A stretch of DNA of 64,000 bases from Marsupella aquatica (lineage: Eukaryota; Plantae; Marchantiophyta). The position numbers and the translations under genes are program-made. The notes beneath the pieces were generated by a model. It searched no databases. It saw only the letters and a list, made by a program, of their open reading frames with translations, and was not told the origin of the DNA. Location: contig OZ316891.1 in NCBI GenBank assembly GCA_973895155.1, forward strand, positions 19,183,048 to 19,247,047. Reading direction: 5' to 3'. Each line of letters starts with the position of its first letter. Position 1 is the stretch's first letter. Below are positions 14,736-27,500 of this stretch, piece by piece.

Positions 14736-17039
14736 AGGGTTTGTGTCTTACACTGCCAATGCTACCATTGGGGATCTAGATAAGTACAGAGTTTGCTCAA
14801 AATTAGTTGTTCCAGCAAGCTAGCTCAATGGCAGCAGTCCACATTAGGGCAAATGAGATTCAAAGTTCAAGCTTCATAATAGACTCACTTTGCACAAACC
14901 CCCATCCCAAAGGGGAGTTTACACACAAAGACTTGACACTTACGAATTCCTTTTCAAGACATGGGGTGCCCCTACAAGTATAACTTTGACTTCAATGAGT
15001 GGAAACTCCACTCATTATAAATAGTTGACTTTACAAGACCTGGGTGCCTATTTAGTATAATGTTTACCTATCCTAGAGGGAAAGCAATGAGCTTAACCTA
15101 AATGCCTATGTGGAGTGCTTATTTTGTCTACAATAGGGGGTCTCAAAGCTGATAATCTGATGGACCTTAATTCCCTAGTTATGGATTATGGACACTGACA
15201 GAAAGTTATGGATGTCTATGAAATTCATAGTCCATAAGGATTCATAGTCCATAAGGATTGGTCTTATGCTATTACAATCACTCACAGTAGAGGCTTGTGA
15301 CAGAAAAACTAGAGAAACTTTTACATAACCTTGTGAAAAAATTATGCCCATTCCTTTACAGCTGAATGCCATCATCCATAATTTGGAGCTTTGAGATGCC
15401 CTAATGTTAGATCTCCTCTAGAGGTTGTCAGTCGGACATAAGAGAGAACAACAATTGACGAAAAAACAAGAAAGGGATGCCGCGAGCTGAAATGGGTGAG
15501 AAGGAAGGCACATAGTACTTCAATCTACAAGCCCGAACACCCTCCCCACGCACTCGGTGCCTATGGGTCCTCAGCCGCCGGATGTTTTCTGCTCCATCAT
15601 GCATGGGATTTCCATTCACTGACCTAATTTTCAAAAGATGTTTTGACGGGACTCTACCTTTAGGACAAGAAGCTCGTCATAGAGAAAGAAACAAAACAGC
15701 CACGCCAATGAATAATAAAACCTTTACCCTCTTACTCTCCTATCACACCAATGGAAAGTAATAAGGCCGCAGGCATCATCTATTCATGTAGCTTAGCTGT
15801 GGGACCCAACTAAGGGATTTGGGTAAATGGGTTTTCCAAGGAGCAGGCGACTGGCGACCTGAATCTAGGCGTGCATCGGGAATCACGAAAGGCGAGAGGT
15901 TGTCGCACGCTGTCCGTCGACAATGCAAAACAGTCGTCCAGCTGCGCGCTCTTCTTCGATTCGCCGCCGGGAGTTGGGATGGTGGATCGAGTTGGGTCCC
16001 ATTCGCTTGCTAAATCGGTCCATGAGATGTCCGACAGAGCGCACGGACCGGCTGTTCCACAGATTGATTCGTCCTCCGGCAGCCAACGAAGACGAACAAC
16101 AATCCACTCTTTCCATTCTGGCGAGGTAGAGAGACATGAATAGAAGAAGCGGGAAGAACACGGCGAGTGGATCGATGACATGCCGAGAATTTCACTGCTT
16201 TCTAAGCGCTGTGTAACTCCCAGTGAGCTCGAGTGCTCTTATTACTAGCTTTCTCTGACCAGGTTGCGGCTCCCGCTCGATCAATACAGTACTATCTTGT
16301 CGATAATCCTCGGTGCATGAGCTCTGTGGATCCGCAGAATAAGACCAGTGGTGAATTAGTGTTTCAACCCCCCTGCTCTCTGGGCCTGTCGAATTGTGGA
16401 GGCGTGGCAATGTTGGTGCATTCTGATCTAACGCTCACACTGATCGATAGATCGATCAACTTGGGCTAGGGAGCTGCTCTCCAGTCTGTTTCTCAATTTC
16501 TGTTTGGTTTGTCTCGAGATATTTCAGTGACATCCACTCTAGGAAACAATCTGCCTTGTCCTGCCTTGTCCCTCGAGTTATTTTGCCTCAGAAGAGTTTT
16601 TTTCAGTAAGCATTTCAGCGAAATCCATTCAGAAGACAGCAAACGTTGTCCCTCAATTGCTGTCGCCATGTTCTGTTTCTTGTCCAGATGTTTTCCCTCC
16701 ATTAAAATACTCCGGAGCTCGGGTCTGATCGCATGATCGTTACTGACAGTACTTTCTCGCGATTCTGTTCCCTGCATTTAAATTTGGGCCAGTCAGCAAG
16801 AAGTCGTTCCCCGTCAACGGGATCGGAAAATTTGACTGGGTGGAGGCAAGGCGAAGTCTAGGTCAATGTGGTTGATATGATTTTAATGAATGCTTGGAAC
16901 TTCTTTGAAAATTTTATGTTGCGGAGCTCTAATTGCTGCGTCAGCAAAGCTTGATTGAGTGGAGCTTCATAATTACTTGCCGACCGCAATCAAAGCTGTC
17001 AGCGGAGAAGAATCCAAGAAACTGGATAGTCTGCATAAA

Positions 17040-18902
17040 ATGGCTGCGAATTGGGGAAACAAGGAGGCGCCGCCCGGATCGTCACTCCACGGAGTCACCG
17101 GACGAGAGCCGGTGTTTGCAATGTCCGCCGACGAGGGCGAGGGCCAGGTCCCGCCCGTGGATTTTCATGGCAGGAAATTCGATTTACCAGTGGATTCAGA
17201 GCACAAGGCCACAACCATCAAGCTCTATTCCGTGGCAGCACCTCACATGAGAGCCTTCCATCTCTCATGGATTTCCTTCATGACCTGTTTCTTCTCGACC
17301 TTCGCTGCTCCCCCTCTCATGCCCATCATCCGGGACAATTTGGATCTCACCAAGAGAGATATCGCCAATGCTGGAATCGCGTCTGTGTCAGGCTCAATCA
17401 TATCTCGCCTTCTCATGGGCACGATTTGCGACCTTCTGGGGCCCCGCTATGGCTGCGCGCTGCTCATCATGCTGACGGCCCCAGCCGTGTTCTGCATGCC
17501 GCTAGTGGCGACTGTAAATGGCTTCATCCTAGACCGTTTCTTCGTGGGCTTCGCATTGGCAACCTTCGTCTCGTGCCAGTACTGGATGAGCTCCATGTTC
17601 AACAGCAAGATCGTTGGCGTGGCGAATGGAACTGCTGCTGATGGGGCAATATGGGAGGAGGCATCACGCAGCTGGTCATGCCCTCGCTCTACAACCTCAT
17701 TCACAACGACTTCGGGGCTGTAAGCTTCACGGCCTGGCGCCTGGCGTTCTTCGTCCCAGGATGCATGCACGTCGTCATGGGGCTCCTGGTACTCGCCACT
17801 GGCCAGGATCTACCTGATGGCAATTTTTCAGAGCTGAAGAAGGCTGGATCCAAACCAAGTGACAGCTTTGGAAAGGTGAAGCCAGAAGAGCCACAAGAAT
17901 TTCTATCCATGCAAGCTCTTAGCCCAGCTGCCAACCCATTTTTCCTAGTCTTCTCTTGCTATTAACAATTTCAGTTGGAATCGAAGTAGAAGGCCAAGTT
18001 TTCCAACAGTGCTGAATTGATCAAGAAGGGAGCTCAACGATGCGATAACAGCAGTGCCAGATTCCACTAATTGAGCCCCTTGTGATATGTTTCAGGTTTT
18101 CATCAATGCAGCAACAAATTACAGGACCTATATCATGGCCTTGACCTACGGCTATTGCTTCGGAGTGGAGCTGACAGTGGACAACATCATAGCCCAATAC
18201 TTTTACGACAGATTCGCGGTGAATCTTGCCACTGCTGGATACATTGCAGCTACGTTCGGTCTCATGAACATCGTCTCCCGGCCGCTAGGAGGTGTCATGT
18301 CCGATAAGGTGGCGTTCAGATTCGGAATGAGGGGTCGGCTGTGGACGTTGTGGATCCTGGAGACTGTAGGAGGAGTGCTGTGCATCGTTCTGGGGGTTGT
18401 GGGGCACCTGGGAACCTCCATCGCCGTCATGCTGCTGTTCTCGTTCTTCGTCCAGGCAGCTTGTGGAGCTACGTTTGGCATTGTCCCGTTCATTTCTCGG
18501 AGGTCATTGGGAGTCATATCTGGAGCCACCGGGGCGGGAGGGAATGTTGGGGCTGTGGTCACACAATTGCTTTTCTTCTACAGCAGCAAGTACACTACAG
18601 AGGAAGGCATCAAGTTAATGGGAGTGATGATCGTGGCGTGCACTCTGCCGGTGGCTCTGGTCTACTTTCCACAGTGGGGAGGCATGCTGTTCCCAGCCAG
18701 GTCAGCGAAGACCGAGGAAGATTATTACATCTCAGAGTGGAACGAAACGGAGCAATCCAAAGGACTTCACCACACCAGCATGAAGTTTGCGCAGAACGCG
18801 AGATCTGAGAGGGGCAAGAGAGTGGGAGCAGCGCCAACTAGTCCAGACGCTACGAGCTCTCCACCTCGTTCAGCAGCTGGCGATGTCCCGTTCAACATAT
18901 AA
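17040..18902 (+). CDS. NRT2: High-affinity nitrate transporter NRT2 (MFS/NNP family); frameshifted as assembled
   Basis: Diagnostic peptides [83 protein letters not shown]. Exon 1 17040-17875, GT-AG intron 17876-18095, exon 2 18096-18902. One G is missing at 17640/17641 (GCT G-A TGG instead of GCT GGA TGG). Confidence 0.95.
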
Positions 18903-19739
18903 CATGAAGTTGAGTTGGGATTTGAAAATCATTCACCGTAATTAGGAGACCTGTTTGAAAACCCAATACTGTAGTGATGTAACGTAACGAACCGACCGCT
19001 GTCGATCACCCAGATGGTCGATTTTGTTACTTCGGTTCCCAAATGAGATCACAGCATGCTTTAGATTGCTGATTAAGCGTGCTCAAAAGGACAGTCATCG
19101 ATGACATGTGCCATTAATCATTTTGCCTGATCACGGACCCGGAATTCTGCAGCGAGGTCTCAGTTCACAGAAGTTTGGAAATGAATCCCGCTACCAATCA
19201 ATCCTGGCTCGGTAACCGTAGCAAGCAAGCAAAATATGAGGTGTTTGAAGCCTACAGGTCGTCAATAATGAGAATGGTTCTAAGATGAAGCAGATAAAGA
19301 CTAACCTGTCGACGAGATGGCAGAGAAATGACTTGAGAGAAAGTGCGACCACTCAAAATATGTCATTGTTGGAGAGTGACGCTGTCTACTTGGCTCGGAG
19401 TTTAGATGGATCGGAAATCTGAATATCGAGAATTGTCAAACGGTCAATGGCATTAGGATATGGTCGAAGTGACATCCTTTATAAAGGGGCTTTTCAAGGC
19501 AAACAGTCACATTAATCTAATATAATCTAAGTATATAAAAATATGGATCAAAAGCTATCTATTCTATCTTGTCTTGTTAATATAATAAATCCCCAACAGA
19601 ACCTAGAGCTGGTGTCCAGGCTTCGCCTCGAGCCAAGGCCTCAAGGCAGTGACTCTAGGGCCCGACAAAAATATTGTGCATTTGACCTCACTTTTGTTCT
19701 TTGCATGTGCCAATTTTGGTGGGGCCTATCCAGGCTCCT

Positions 19740-20850
19740 TAGTATAAGCTAGTGCATGGGCATCCCCTCTACAGTAGAGTGAAGCCTGCTAGTGCATGGG
19801 CATACTCTCTAGTGAAACCTCCAGACTATACTAAGGACATAATTGAATGTGAGACTATACACAAAATAATTAATGCTAGTGCATGCACATACTCTCTGGT
19901 GAAACCTCTAGGCATAATTGCAAGTGAGAGTATACACAAATAATTTTTCTAGACCATGACTAAAGGCATAATTGAAAGTGAGAATATACACAAAATAATG
20001 AATACTGATCAAAAGCTAGTGCATGGGTCTACTCTCTAGAGTGAAGCCTGTAGACCATGACTAAGGACAAAATTTGGCCTACTCTCTAGAGTGAAGCCTG
20101 TAGACCATGACTAAGGATAAAATTTAAAGTGTACACAAAATGAAGCCTTTAGATTGTGATTCTAAGGACACAATTAAAGTGAGAATGCACCCAAAGAGCA
20201 AGTAAAGGGGTAAAAGTGCACACAAAAAGCAGGCATAGGGGTAACTCTAACTCTAAGGGCATAATTGAGAGAGAGGGTTAAAACTCAAAACAGGATGGGG
20301 CAAAGAATAATATATAAGAAACAGTAAGGCATCTTTCTTCTTGGGATGTGTTTTTTGCTTTCACCTCTATATATTTTCTTTCAAGAGTCAGGTACGTAGT
20401 CAGGCTAGTAGGTATATAATCTCACACAAAAGTTGCTCAGGCCTACTGAGTGTTTAGAGAGAAACCTCTAGACCATGACTCTATGAGCATAATTGAAAGT
20501 GAGAGTGCAAAAATAGGACAGGGTTAGAGGTAGATTGTGACTCTAAGGGCATAAGAAAGTGAGGATGCTGACAGAAACAGGGACGGGTCAAAGATGAATG
20601 GGAAATAGAAACAAATATTTTTTAGGCAATAAATATTCTTATGGTCACCTATGTTTACATTCAAGAAACCTGTAATTAGGCTAATAAGTATACAATCTCA
20701 ATCAAAAGCCACTCAAGCCCACTAATTATCTAGAGTGAAATCTCTAGGTAGACAATGACTCAAAGGGTACAATTCAAAGTGTGAGTGTAGACCAGAAAAT
20801 GGATAAGGGTAGACTGTGTCTCTAAGGGGCAAATTGAACGCAGAAAGCAA
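19740..20850. repeat. Degenerate tandem repeat region with Helitron 3'-end-like units
   Basis: Recurring CTCTAGAGTGAA(A/G)CCT(C/G)TAGACCATGACT...GGCATAATTGAAAGTGAGA units and four GCTAGTGCATG...CTCT units. A near-exact duplication lies at 20029-20130. Confidence 0.8.
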
Positions 20851-21984
20851 GGATGGGGACAAAGATGGATGCGGGGATAGATGGGAGATAGTAATTAAGG
20901 AATAGTTTTTGCAATGTCTTGTTTTGCCATCCCCTACATTTAGGTTAAGGAATGGGTAATCAGGCTAGACCTTTGGATGCTTGTATTGGGATTTGGGTTT
21001 GTCATCCTGTCCTTTGTATATTTGGAATGGAATTTGGATTTGTGGTCTTGGTCCGAGTGGCCAAGAAACCGCTAGACATCACTTCATCTTTTCCTCATAA
21101 TTAACACTAAGCCCTGGACGAAACACTAACGGCAACCTCAATACGAGCCTCCTGTACCTAGCTGCCAGCACCCTTGTCTGCTGCCCACTCTCTATGGCCT
21201 GCTCGAGCCAATTATTTTGGATGTGTAACTACTGTAGCTGGGAAGGAAACCCACCTTTTGGTGGGACGTGTTTAAAAAGGTTTTTTTTTTAATTTAATTT
21301 TAAATAAAACGGGTGTTTAAAACGGTATTGCCCTGCAGATCTAGATGCCTATGCAAATGCTCTCACTAGAGGGTGTCGAACAGATATCCGTTGGAATAAT
21401 TTGATAACAATAATCTGACTGTACCCATTGGCGATGTGGTCAGGCCTCAGAGTTTATAGGTTAGGAGCTTGTTGAACAAGTTCACCTACCAAACAGCTTT
21501 CCTGCTTTCCATTGAAATCCTAATAGGGTGACTGTCTCAAAGTTCACAGTTGCTAACTTGTGAATTGAGTTATAGACACAATCCTTATGACTTTCAAAAT
21601 CAGTGTTTCCTGGCTAACGTTTTGTTGTTAACATATATTTATAAGAATGGGCGTAAAGAAGAGTCATAGGCACAAAAATCACAAACAAAGGTTTCACATT
21701 ATGACAGAACAACTACTCTCAGATGTTTTGACCAAAACTTGTTTGCTGTTTCTCTAGGATAGAGACTCCCTAATGTAAGTACCAACTACAGATTTAGTAC
21801 AGAGCAACTCATGGCCATCTTTGTCACAACTGTGTCAATGACAAGAGTAGGTTTGACACCCCTATTGGACACCCTTTTGTCATATATTGTAGTTCAGACA
21901 TTAGGAAAATTGACACCCCCGGCTATTGGAGAACCAATACTTTCCTGGGCTCTTATTGAGTAACACCCCAACCTCATGATACTG

Positions 21985-22185
21985 TCACTACTGTTACTGA
22001 AGGAGATTTGTGAACCCTAAACTCTTGGTGCACTCTCTACTGTCACAGAAGGAGATTTGTGACACCCCTTACTCCCGATGAATACACTCCCTTCATATGT
22101 CACAATAGAAGATTAGTGACACTCCCTACTCCAATACACTCCCAAATGTCACAGGAGGGAGATATGTGACAACCCCTACTACCAA
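21985..22185. repeat. Array of ~50-bp units each carrying a TGTCACA-N10/11-TGTGACA palindrome
   Basis: Copies start at 21992 (degenerate), 22041, 22098 and 22147, with periods 49/57/49 bp. Confidence 0.75.
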
Positions 22186-23714
22186 TCAGTGTTTTTTTAT
22201 TGGCAGATTATTGCCAAAAAGCACCACTCAATTTTGCCTAGACTGTCTTGTCCGTGGGGTCTCAGTTGCCAGTTGACGGTACTGTAGGGCTTGCCACATA
22301 GTAGCAGCTGGCTGGTTAGATGACTTGCCATACCCTTTTGTCAGCTTGGTCCAGATTGCCTATTTAGTTTACTTGTTTGCTGTGGTTGGCTCACCCAACC
22401 TACTCATAAACTTGCCTACTGGTTGGGGCAGATGGGGTTGCCAGACTGGCTACTTGAGTCTGTTGGGGCACCCAATTTGGCTACATTTGAAATTGGTAGG
22501 AAAAACACTGCTCCACATACTCTCCCAATAGACAGGGAAGGAGATCTGTGACACCTCCCCCCACCACGGTGACATCCACCCTGTTCTGATGTAAGAGCAC
22601 TCCTACTGGTATGGCAAACAAAGCCTTTGGGAGCTTTTGTGTAGGGCTTAACTTGGCTTGCCATAGCTAGAAATGATCCCAAACTGTTCTCCTGTATTTG
22701 CAAACATGGCAGCCCAGCACCACCTTTTTTCCGACTCTGCCCGGCACTCCTACACTCAACATGGAAGCCTAGTGCAGCCCTTGAACTAACCGTCATCCTG
22801 CCTGGACATCAAAGATTGGATGCGAGCAGCTTGATCCCACTGTTGCAGATGGTCATTCGCAAACCAAAATTGTAGGTTGCTTTGAAACGAGCGGACCCCT
22901 GGAATCCACTCTTGAAGTGCCACTGTCCGTCATTCAACTTGGATCCACAAGGTTTCCCCATTGATAGTATATTTTCCCTGAAGTGGTGGTGAAGACTCGC
23001 ATAGAATGAAACTGCTATATGGTGAATCCATCTTCCAGTATTTTGTCTTATTCAAACTTCTTTTCTTGTATATTTTAATTCAATGTGTCTTACCAAGGTG
23101 CATCCCTTGTATACTTAGATTTTGAATTTAATCTGGCACCACTCTAAATTTTTCTATCTTTGATATACTTTTGATCATCCACCCTTTAACAAAGCTCACG
23201 GGAAGTTCTAGCCCTTAGTGAAGAAGAAATGATCTAATTAAAGTGCACTCCTCATGTCTTTAACTTCTACTCATGGTTTTGTGTCCTAAATTTATGGTTT
23301 TAATTCATTTGAGTGTCGTTACCTAAGATAAGTACATAAATATCTTTACTGGTGTATAGTATGTGCATAACCCAATACCATAGACTTAAATTTTTCCTGT
23401 TCATTAATTTTTTTTTTTACATGTGTACTTTTCTTCTTGTACCTTATGTGCACAACTTTTCAATGTCACGCTTCCTAATCAATGTACTATTTATATTTGT
23501 CACAAAAAAATAGATCATCTGTATTTCACTAAAAAACTTAAACTTTTTGCTAGAGGACAAAATAATTTTTCATGTTCCAGGATGAGTATGCCATATAGAG
23601 GAACTCAAGGGAGTGACTGGAATTTAGGGTGAGTGGTGGTTTGAGGCAAAACTTGACCCAGACACTTTCACTTTACTAAACCTTTAAACGTGCAAATGGC
23701 CGGGTGGTTTGGTG

Positions 23715-24295
23715 TGCACTAGTTTGAATGCTCTAAACCAGTTGCTGGGCAGGTCTGAGTGTGTTGCAAGCTGTAAGGGGGGGACTGTAAAGGGAAAAAC
23801 TTGAAGGGAAAAAAAATGTTCAGTGAGGACCTGGCCTAAATCCTGGGGTGGGCACTCCTACTTCTTTTCACTTCACTAAACCTGTTTGAATGCTCTAAAC
23901 CAGTTGTTGGGCAGGTCTGAGTGTGTTGCAAGCTGGGGGGGGGGGAGGGGACTGTAAGGGGAAAAAACATAAGTAAAAAAACGGTAAGGGGAAAACTTGA
24001 AAGTGAAAAAATGTTGGGTGAGGTTTAGGCCTAAACCCTGGGGCGCCCACTCCTACTTCTTTTCACTTCACTAAACCTGTTTGAATGCTCTAAACCAGTT
24101 GTTGGGCAGGTCTGAGTGTGTCACAAACTGTAATGGGGGGAAATTGTAAGGGGAGAACGTAAGGGGAAGCACTGTAAGGGGGAAAAATTTAAGGGACAGA
24201 CTGTAAGGGGACAGAATGTAAAGTGGACAGAATGTAAAGGGGAAAGAATGTAAGGGGAAAAAATGTTGGGTGAGAACCCGGCCTAAACCCTGCGG
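23715..24295. repeat. Three tandem ~160-220 bp units with expanding TGTAAGGGG sub-repeat, upstream of NOP9
   Basis: GTTTGAATGCTCTAAACCAGTTG(C/T)TGGGCAGGTCTGAGTGTG recurs at ~23722, ~23884 and ~24079. Each unit ends in GGCCTAAA(T/C)CCTG. Confidence 0.9.
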
Positions 24296-24328
24296 CGCAA
24301 AATTCCGTTTATACTCTTTGGGAAAGTG

Positions 24329-24359
<31 letters not shown>
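24329..24359. repeat. (CT)n microsatellite in NOP9 promoter/5' leader
   Basis: About 15 CT units with one interruption, ~160 bp upstream of the ATG. Confidence 0.85.
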
Positions 24360-24514
24360 GTGTTCACAGGAAAGGAACAACTCCGTGAGCTCTTGGTGGG
24401 GATGGCAATTGAGGCGGTCCCTCTCTTCCTCTATACGAAAGGCGAGACCTCTGAGCAAATGTACACAGAATTGCTTTGACCACGAAAGAAGCTCGATTTG
24501 GATACAGAATCGCA

Positions 24515-27500
24515 ATGGCGGGGCTTAGCCGGAAACGCCCCCACTCCTCTGCGACATCGTCCCGTCCCCCTGCGCCCAAGAAACACTTCAACAACAAGAG
24601 TAGGAAAGCCAACGACGGCGGAGGCAGAGGCGGTAGAGGAAGAGGAGGCGGAAGCAACAGCCTCCGCCACAACCGTGGCGAGGAAGAAGACGAAGACTCG
24701 CAGGTCGTCGTCCATAGTGGTAAGCATTCTCGTGCTTTCGCAGATGGTGGTGGCGGTGGTGGCAATACGGCCAGGAAGCGTCTCGATCCTCAAACCAAGA
24801 GCTACTTTCTGGAAATCGCCTCCCTTGTCGACAATGGAGGAGAGAACTCCGATGAGAGAGAGGCCGTCTGCGCCCAGGCCTTGGAGGAATCCACGGGGCA
24901 GGAATTGCAGCTGGCTTGTGATCCGTCCTGCGGCAGAATCCTCGAGACGCTCCTCCTCTCCTGCAGCGTCTCGCACAACGTCCAGTTCCTCTCTCGCTGC
25001 GGCACCGTGGCCTTTGACATGGCCGTGGATCCGTCGGCTTCTCACATATTGGAGGCGGCTCTCAAATCTCTCGCAAGGGCTTTACTCGACGAGAATGTGC
25101 AATCTGAGGACTGGTATGGCTCTCTAGAGCCGGCCCTTTCCACCATCTGCCAGGTACATTGAAGACATCTGTTATGACGTACAACAAATGATCAAATTCT
25201 CGTTTGTCGAGATTGATTTTCCTGAATAAGTTTTAATTTTTTGTTAAATTGTTGAATTCTGAAAACTCTGAATCGTTTGGATTTAGTATGCGAAGCATTA
25301 CGACTCATGTATTGGTTTCTATTAGTAACTCCTCTCATGGGCTTTTGTCAACGATGTTCCGCTTGTTGGGATGAGGGTTTTGGATTCAGGGGTTTAGGGT
25401 TTCAGGGTTTGGAATTCTTGCTGAGCGTTTTTCGGGAGCTGATTTTTGGTCTCGGATGTAATGACTTGCAGGAATTGGGAACGAAAGCAGTGGATGTAAT
25501 GACCAATCGGTACGGATCACATGTGCTTCGTTGCCTTCTCTCCTTGCTTAGTGGGGATTCTTCTGAAATCCTCCCTCAAGCGGGTCCCGGATCTAAGCCC
25601 TCACGAAACCTCGCTGACAAACTTGGGGCTTTTACCAATAAGCCGAAGCGTGGACAGCTCGTCCGATCGAAGGGGCATGCGTTCCCTAATCTTTTGAATT
25701 CTCTCGTCGACAACATTTTGGATAGCTCCAAGGAAAACCTGCGGGAAATGCGAAGTGATGTGTGCGCCGGACCAGTTTTACAGGTAACTTTCCGGAGTTC
25801 TACATTTAAATCCACAGCTTTATTCTCGTGAGATAAATTTGGAAAATGGTGACTTCTGTCTATCTGTTCTCTGGACGTAGACTTTGAGAACTTCTGCTGT
25901 TGTGGTGGGTTTCTACTCTGAACTTCAAACACTCTGTTGCTCCTTTGAAATCTTAATCTCTTCTTACTTGCTCTAGTTGATCTCCCAACTATGAGTTCGT
26001 TTGTTTTGAAAGGAGCTTGCAATTACGGTGCCTAGAAGACAGGGCCTCGGACGTTTTCCAGGCGAACTTTCCCCTCTTTCAAAGTCGAGATGTATATGAA
26101 ACAATTAAAATGAATGTAGATAAAGTGGAGAAGGTCAAAGATTAACTTGAAGTGCTTTTGCCGGTTAATAATTCTTTGAGGAATATGTCAGGCACAGTAT
26201 GGCAAAGATTCAATGCTGATGTATTGGTAGATGGACAAAGACTCTCATTTTCTGGCCTGGTCCCACCAATTGGTGCTGCTCTCAATGTGTTACCGGCCTT
26301 AGCAGGATCGGTCGACATTGACCGGAGCTTCGTGGTTAGAGCTAGAGACACATTGCACGTGATCTGTTCCCTTTTTTCACGCCTCCAAAGAAGTTTTTCT
26401 AAATGCTGACCAACTTCTTTTCACAGGATGTCACACTTTAATCCCATCTTCATCTGCTTTCCCCAATAGTCGGTGGAAAGTAGTGGATTGCTGCAGTAAT
26501 TGTCATTTATGCTAATGTAACGATTGGTAATTGTGTGCCACGTCTCATGTTAATGTTCTTGTTGTTTTGAGGCTTTTCCCGAAGTTTAGCTTGCATTGTG
26601 TGGATCAATGTTAAACGTTGTTCTATATGTCTGGTTCTGAAGTCCATGGGCATCAGTCATTGTTGAAAGCTTTGCAAGGGAAGCCGGACAAGGTGGTTCG
26701 TGCTATTGCGATGATTTTGGGTTGTGATCCGGAAGGCTCTCAACGAGAGGGTGCTGCTTTGGAGAATGCATCTGTCGAGGAGTTGGTTGCAGTAATGGAA
26801 GATCGCAGTAGCAGCCATCTGATGGAGGTAATCCATGATATTTTCCTTTGCATGTGAGTCACTTAAGGAGAGAGTGAGTTGAAGGTGCTGTGCAGCTTTT
26901 GACTTGGGAGATCTTTGTGCAATGACGGAGACAAAACTTGGCGACAAAAGTCTATTAGTGACGGAGTGGTCTGAAGTGCATTTTTAGGAAAGTCACCTTG
27001 ATGGCCTTAGCAGAAGCCTAGGCACCGTTCACATAAGGGAACTATCAACGACTTGGAAGGGCATGAGACTTCCTGACAAAAGATGGGTCTTCAACCCTTT
27101 GTAATTGTGCAAAAGTTTAGAAAGAACTTATCATAAGTTTCAGAATGTTAACTTTCATACCGGTGTTGTTCTGCATATGTCAAGCAAACAGGTTGTCATT
27201 CGCAGCGCTCCCAACTCTCTATATCTAGAGATCTTTCAAAGACTTTTCCGAAAGCGACTGTTGCAGTTATCAGTTCATCCCTCAGCCAACTTCATTGTAC
27301 AAGTACTGATTGCTTGCATCAGACATGAAGGACAGGTATTCCATGAAATTATTTGATGACATTTGACTTCGACTTGACTACAGGCCTGAATAATTTGAAG
27401 TGCTTTCTGCTAGAATTGGTTTGTAGTCTCGCAGTGAAAATCATACGTAGTATTATGAGACTTTACAAGGAGTTTTACAAGGAAGATATGTTTTCAGGTA

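Noticed and set aside
15810-16470. Cluster of overlapping ORFs upstream of NRT2
   Set aside because: GC-rich promoter/leader-type sequence that gives ORFs in many frames, with no family motifs.
16959-17039. N-terminal extension of NRT2 from a GTG start
   Set aside because: Artefact of alternative-start ORF calling. The ATG at 17040 has good context and gives the usual NRT2 N-terminus.
21985-22185. Palindromic repeats with variable linkers resembling a mini CRISPR array
   Set aside because: The repeats are degenerate, the linkers are mutually related (CCCCTACTCC-like), and no cas genes are present.
24364-25127. Long antisense and alternative-frame ORFs over NOP9 exon 1 (similar ones over NRT2, the kelch gene, the DUF1647-like gene and the CRE ORF)
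   Set aside because: Shadow ORFs of GC-rich coding sequence.
25376-25412. Interstitial telomere array
   Set aside because: Only one perfect TTTAGGG plus degenerate neighbours; better explained as a telo-box.
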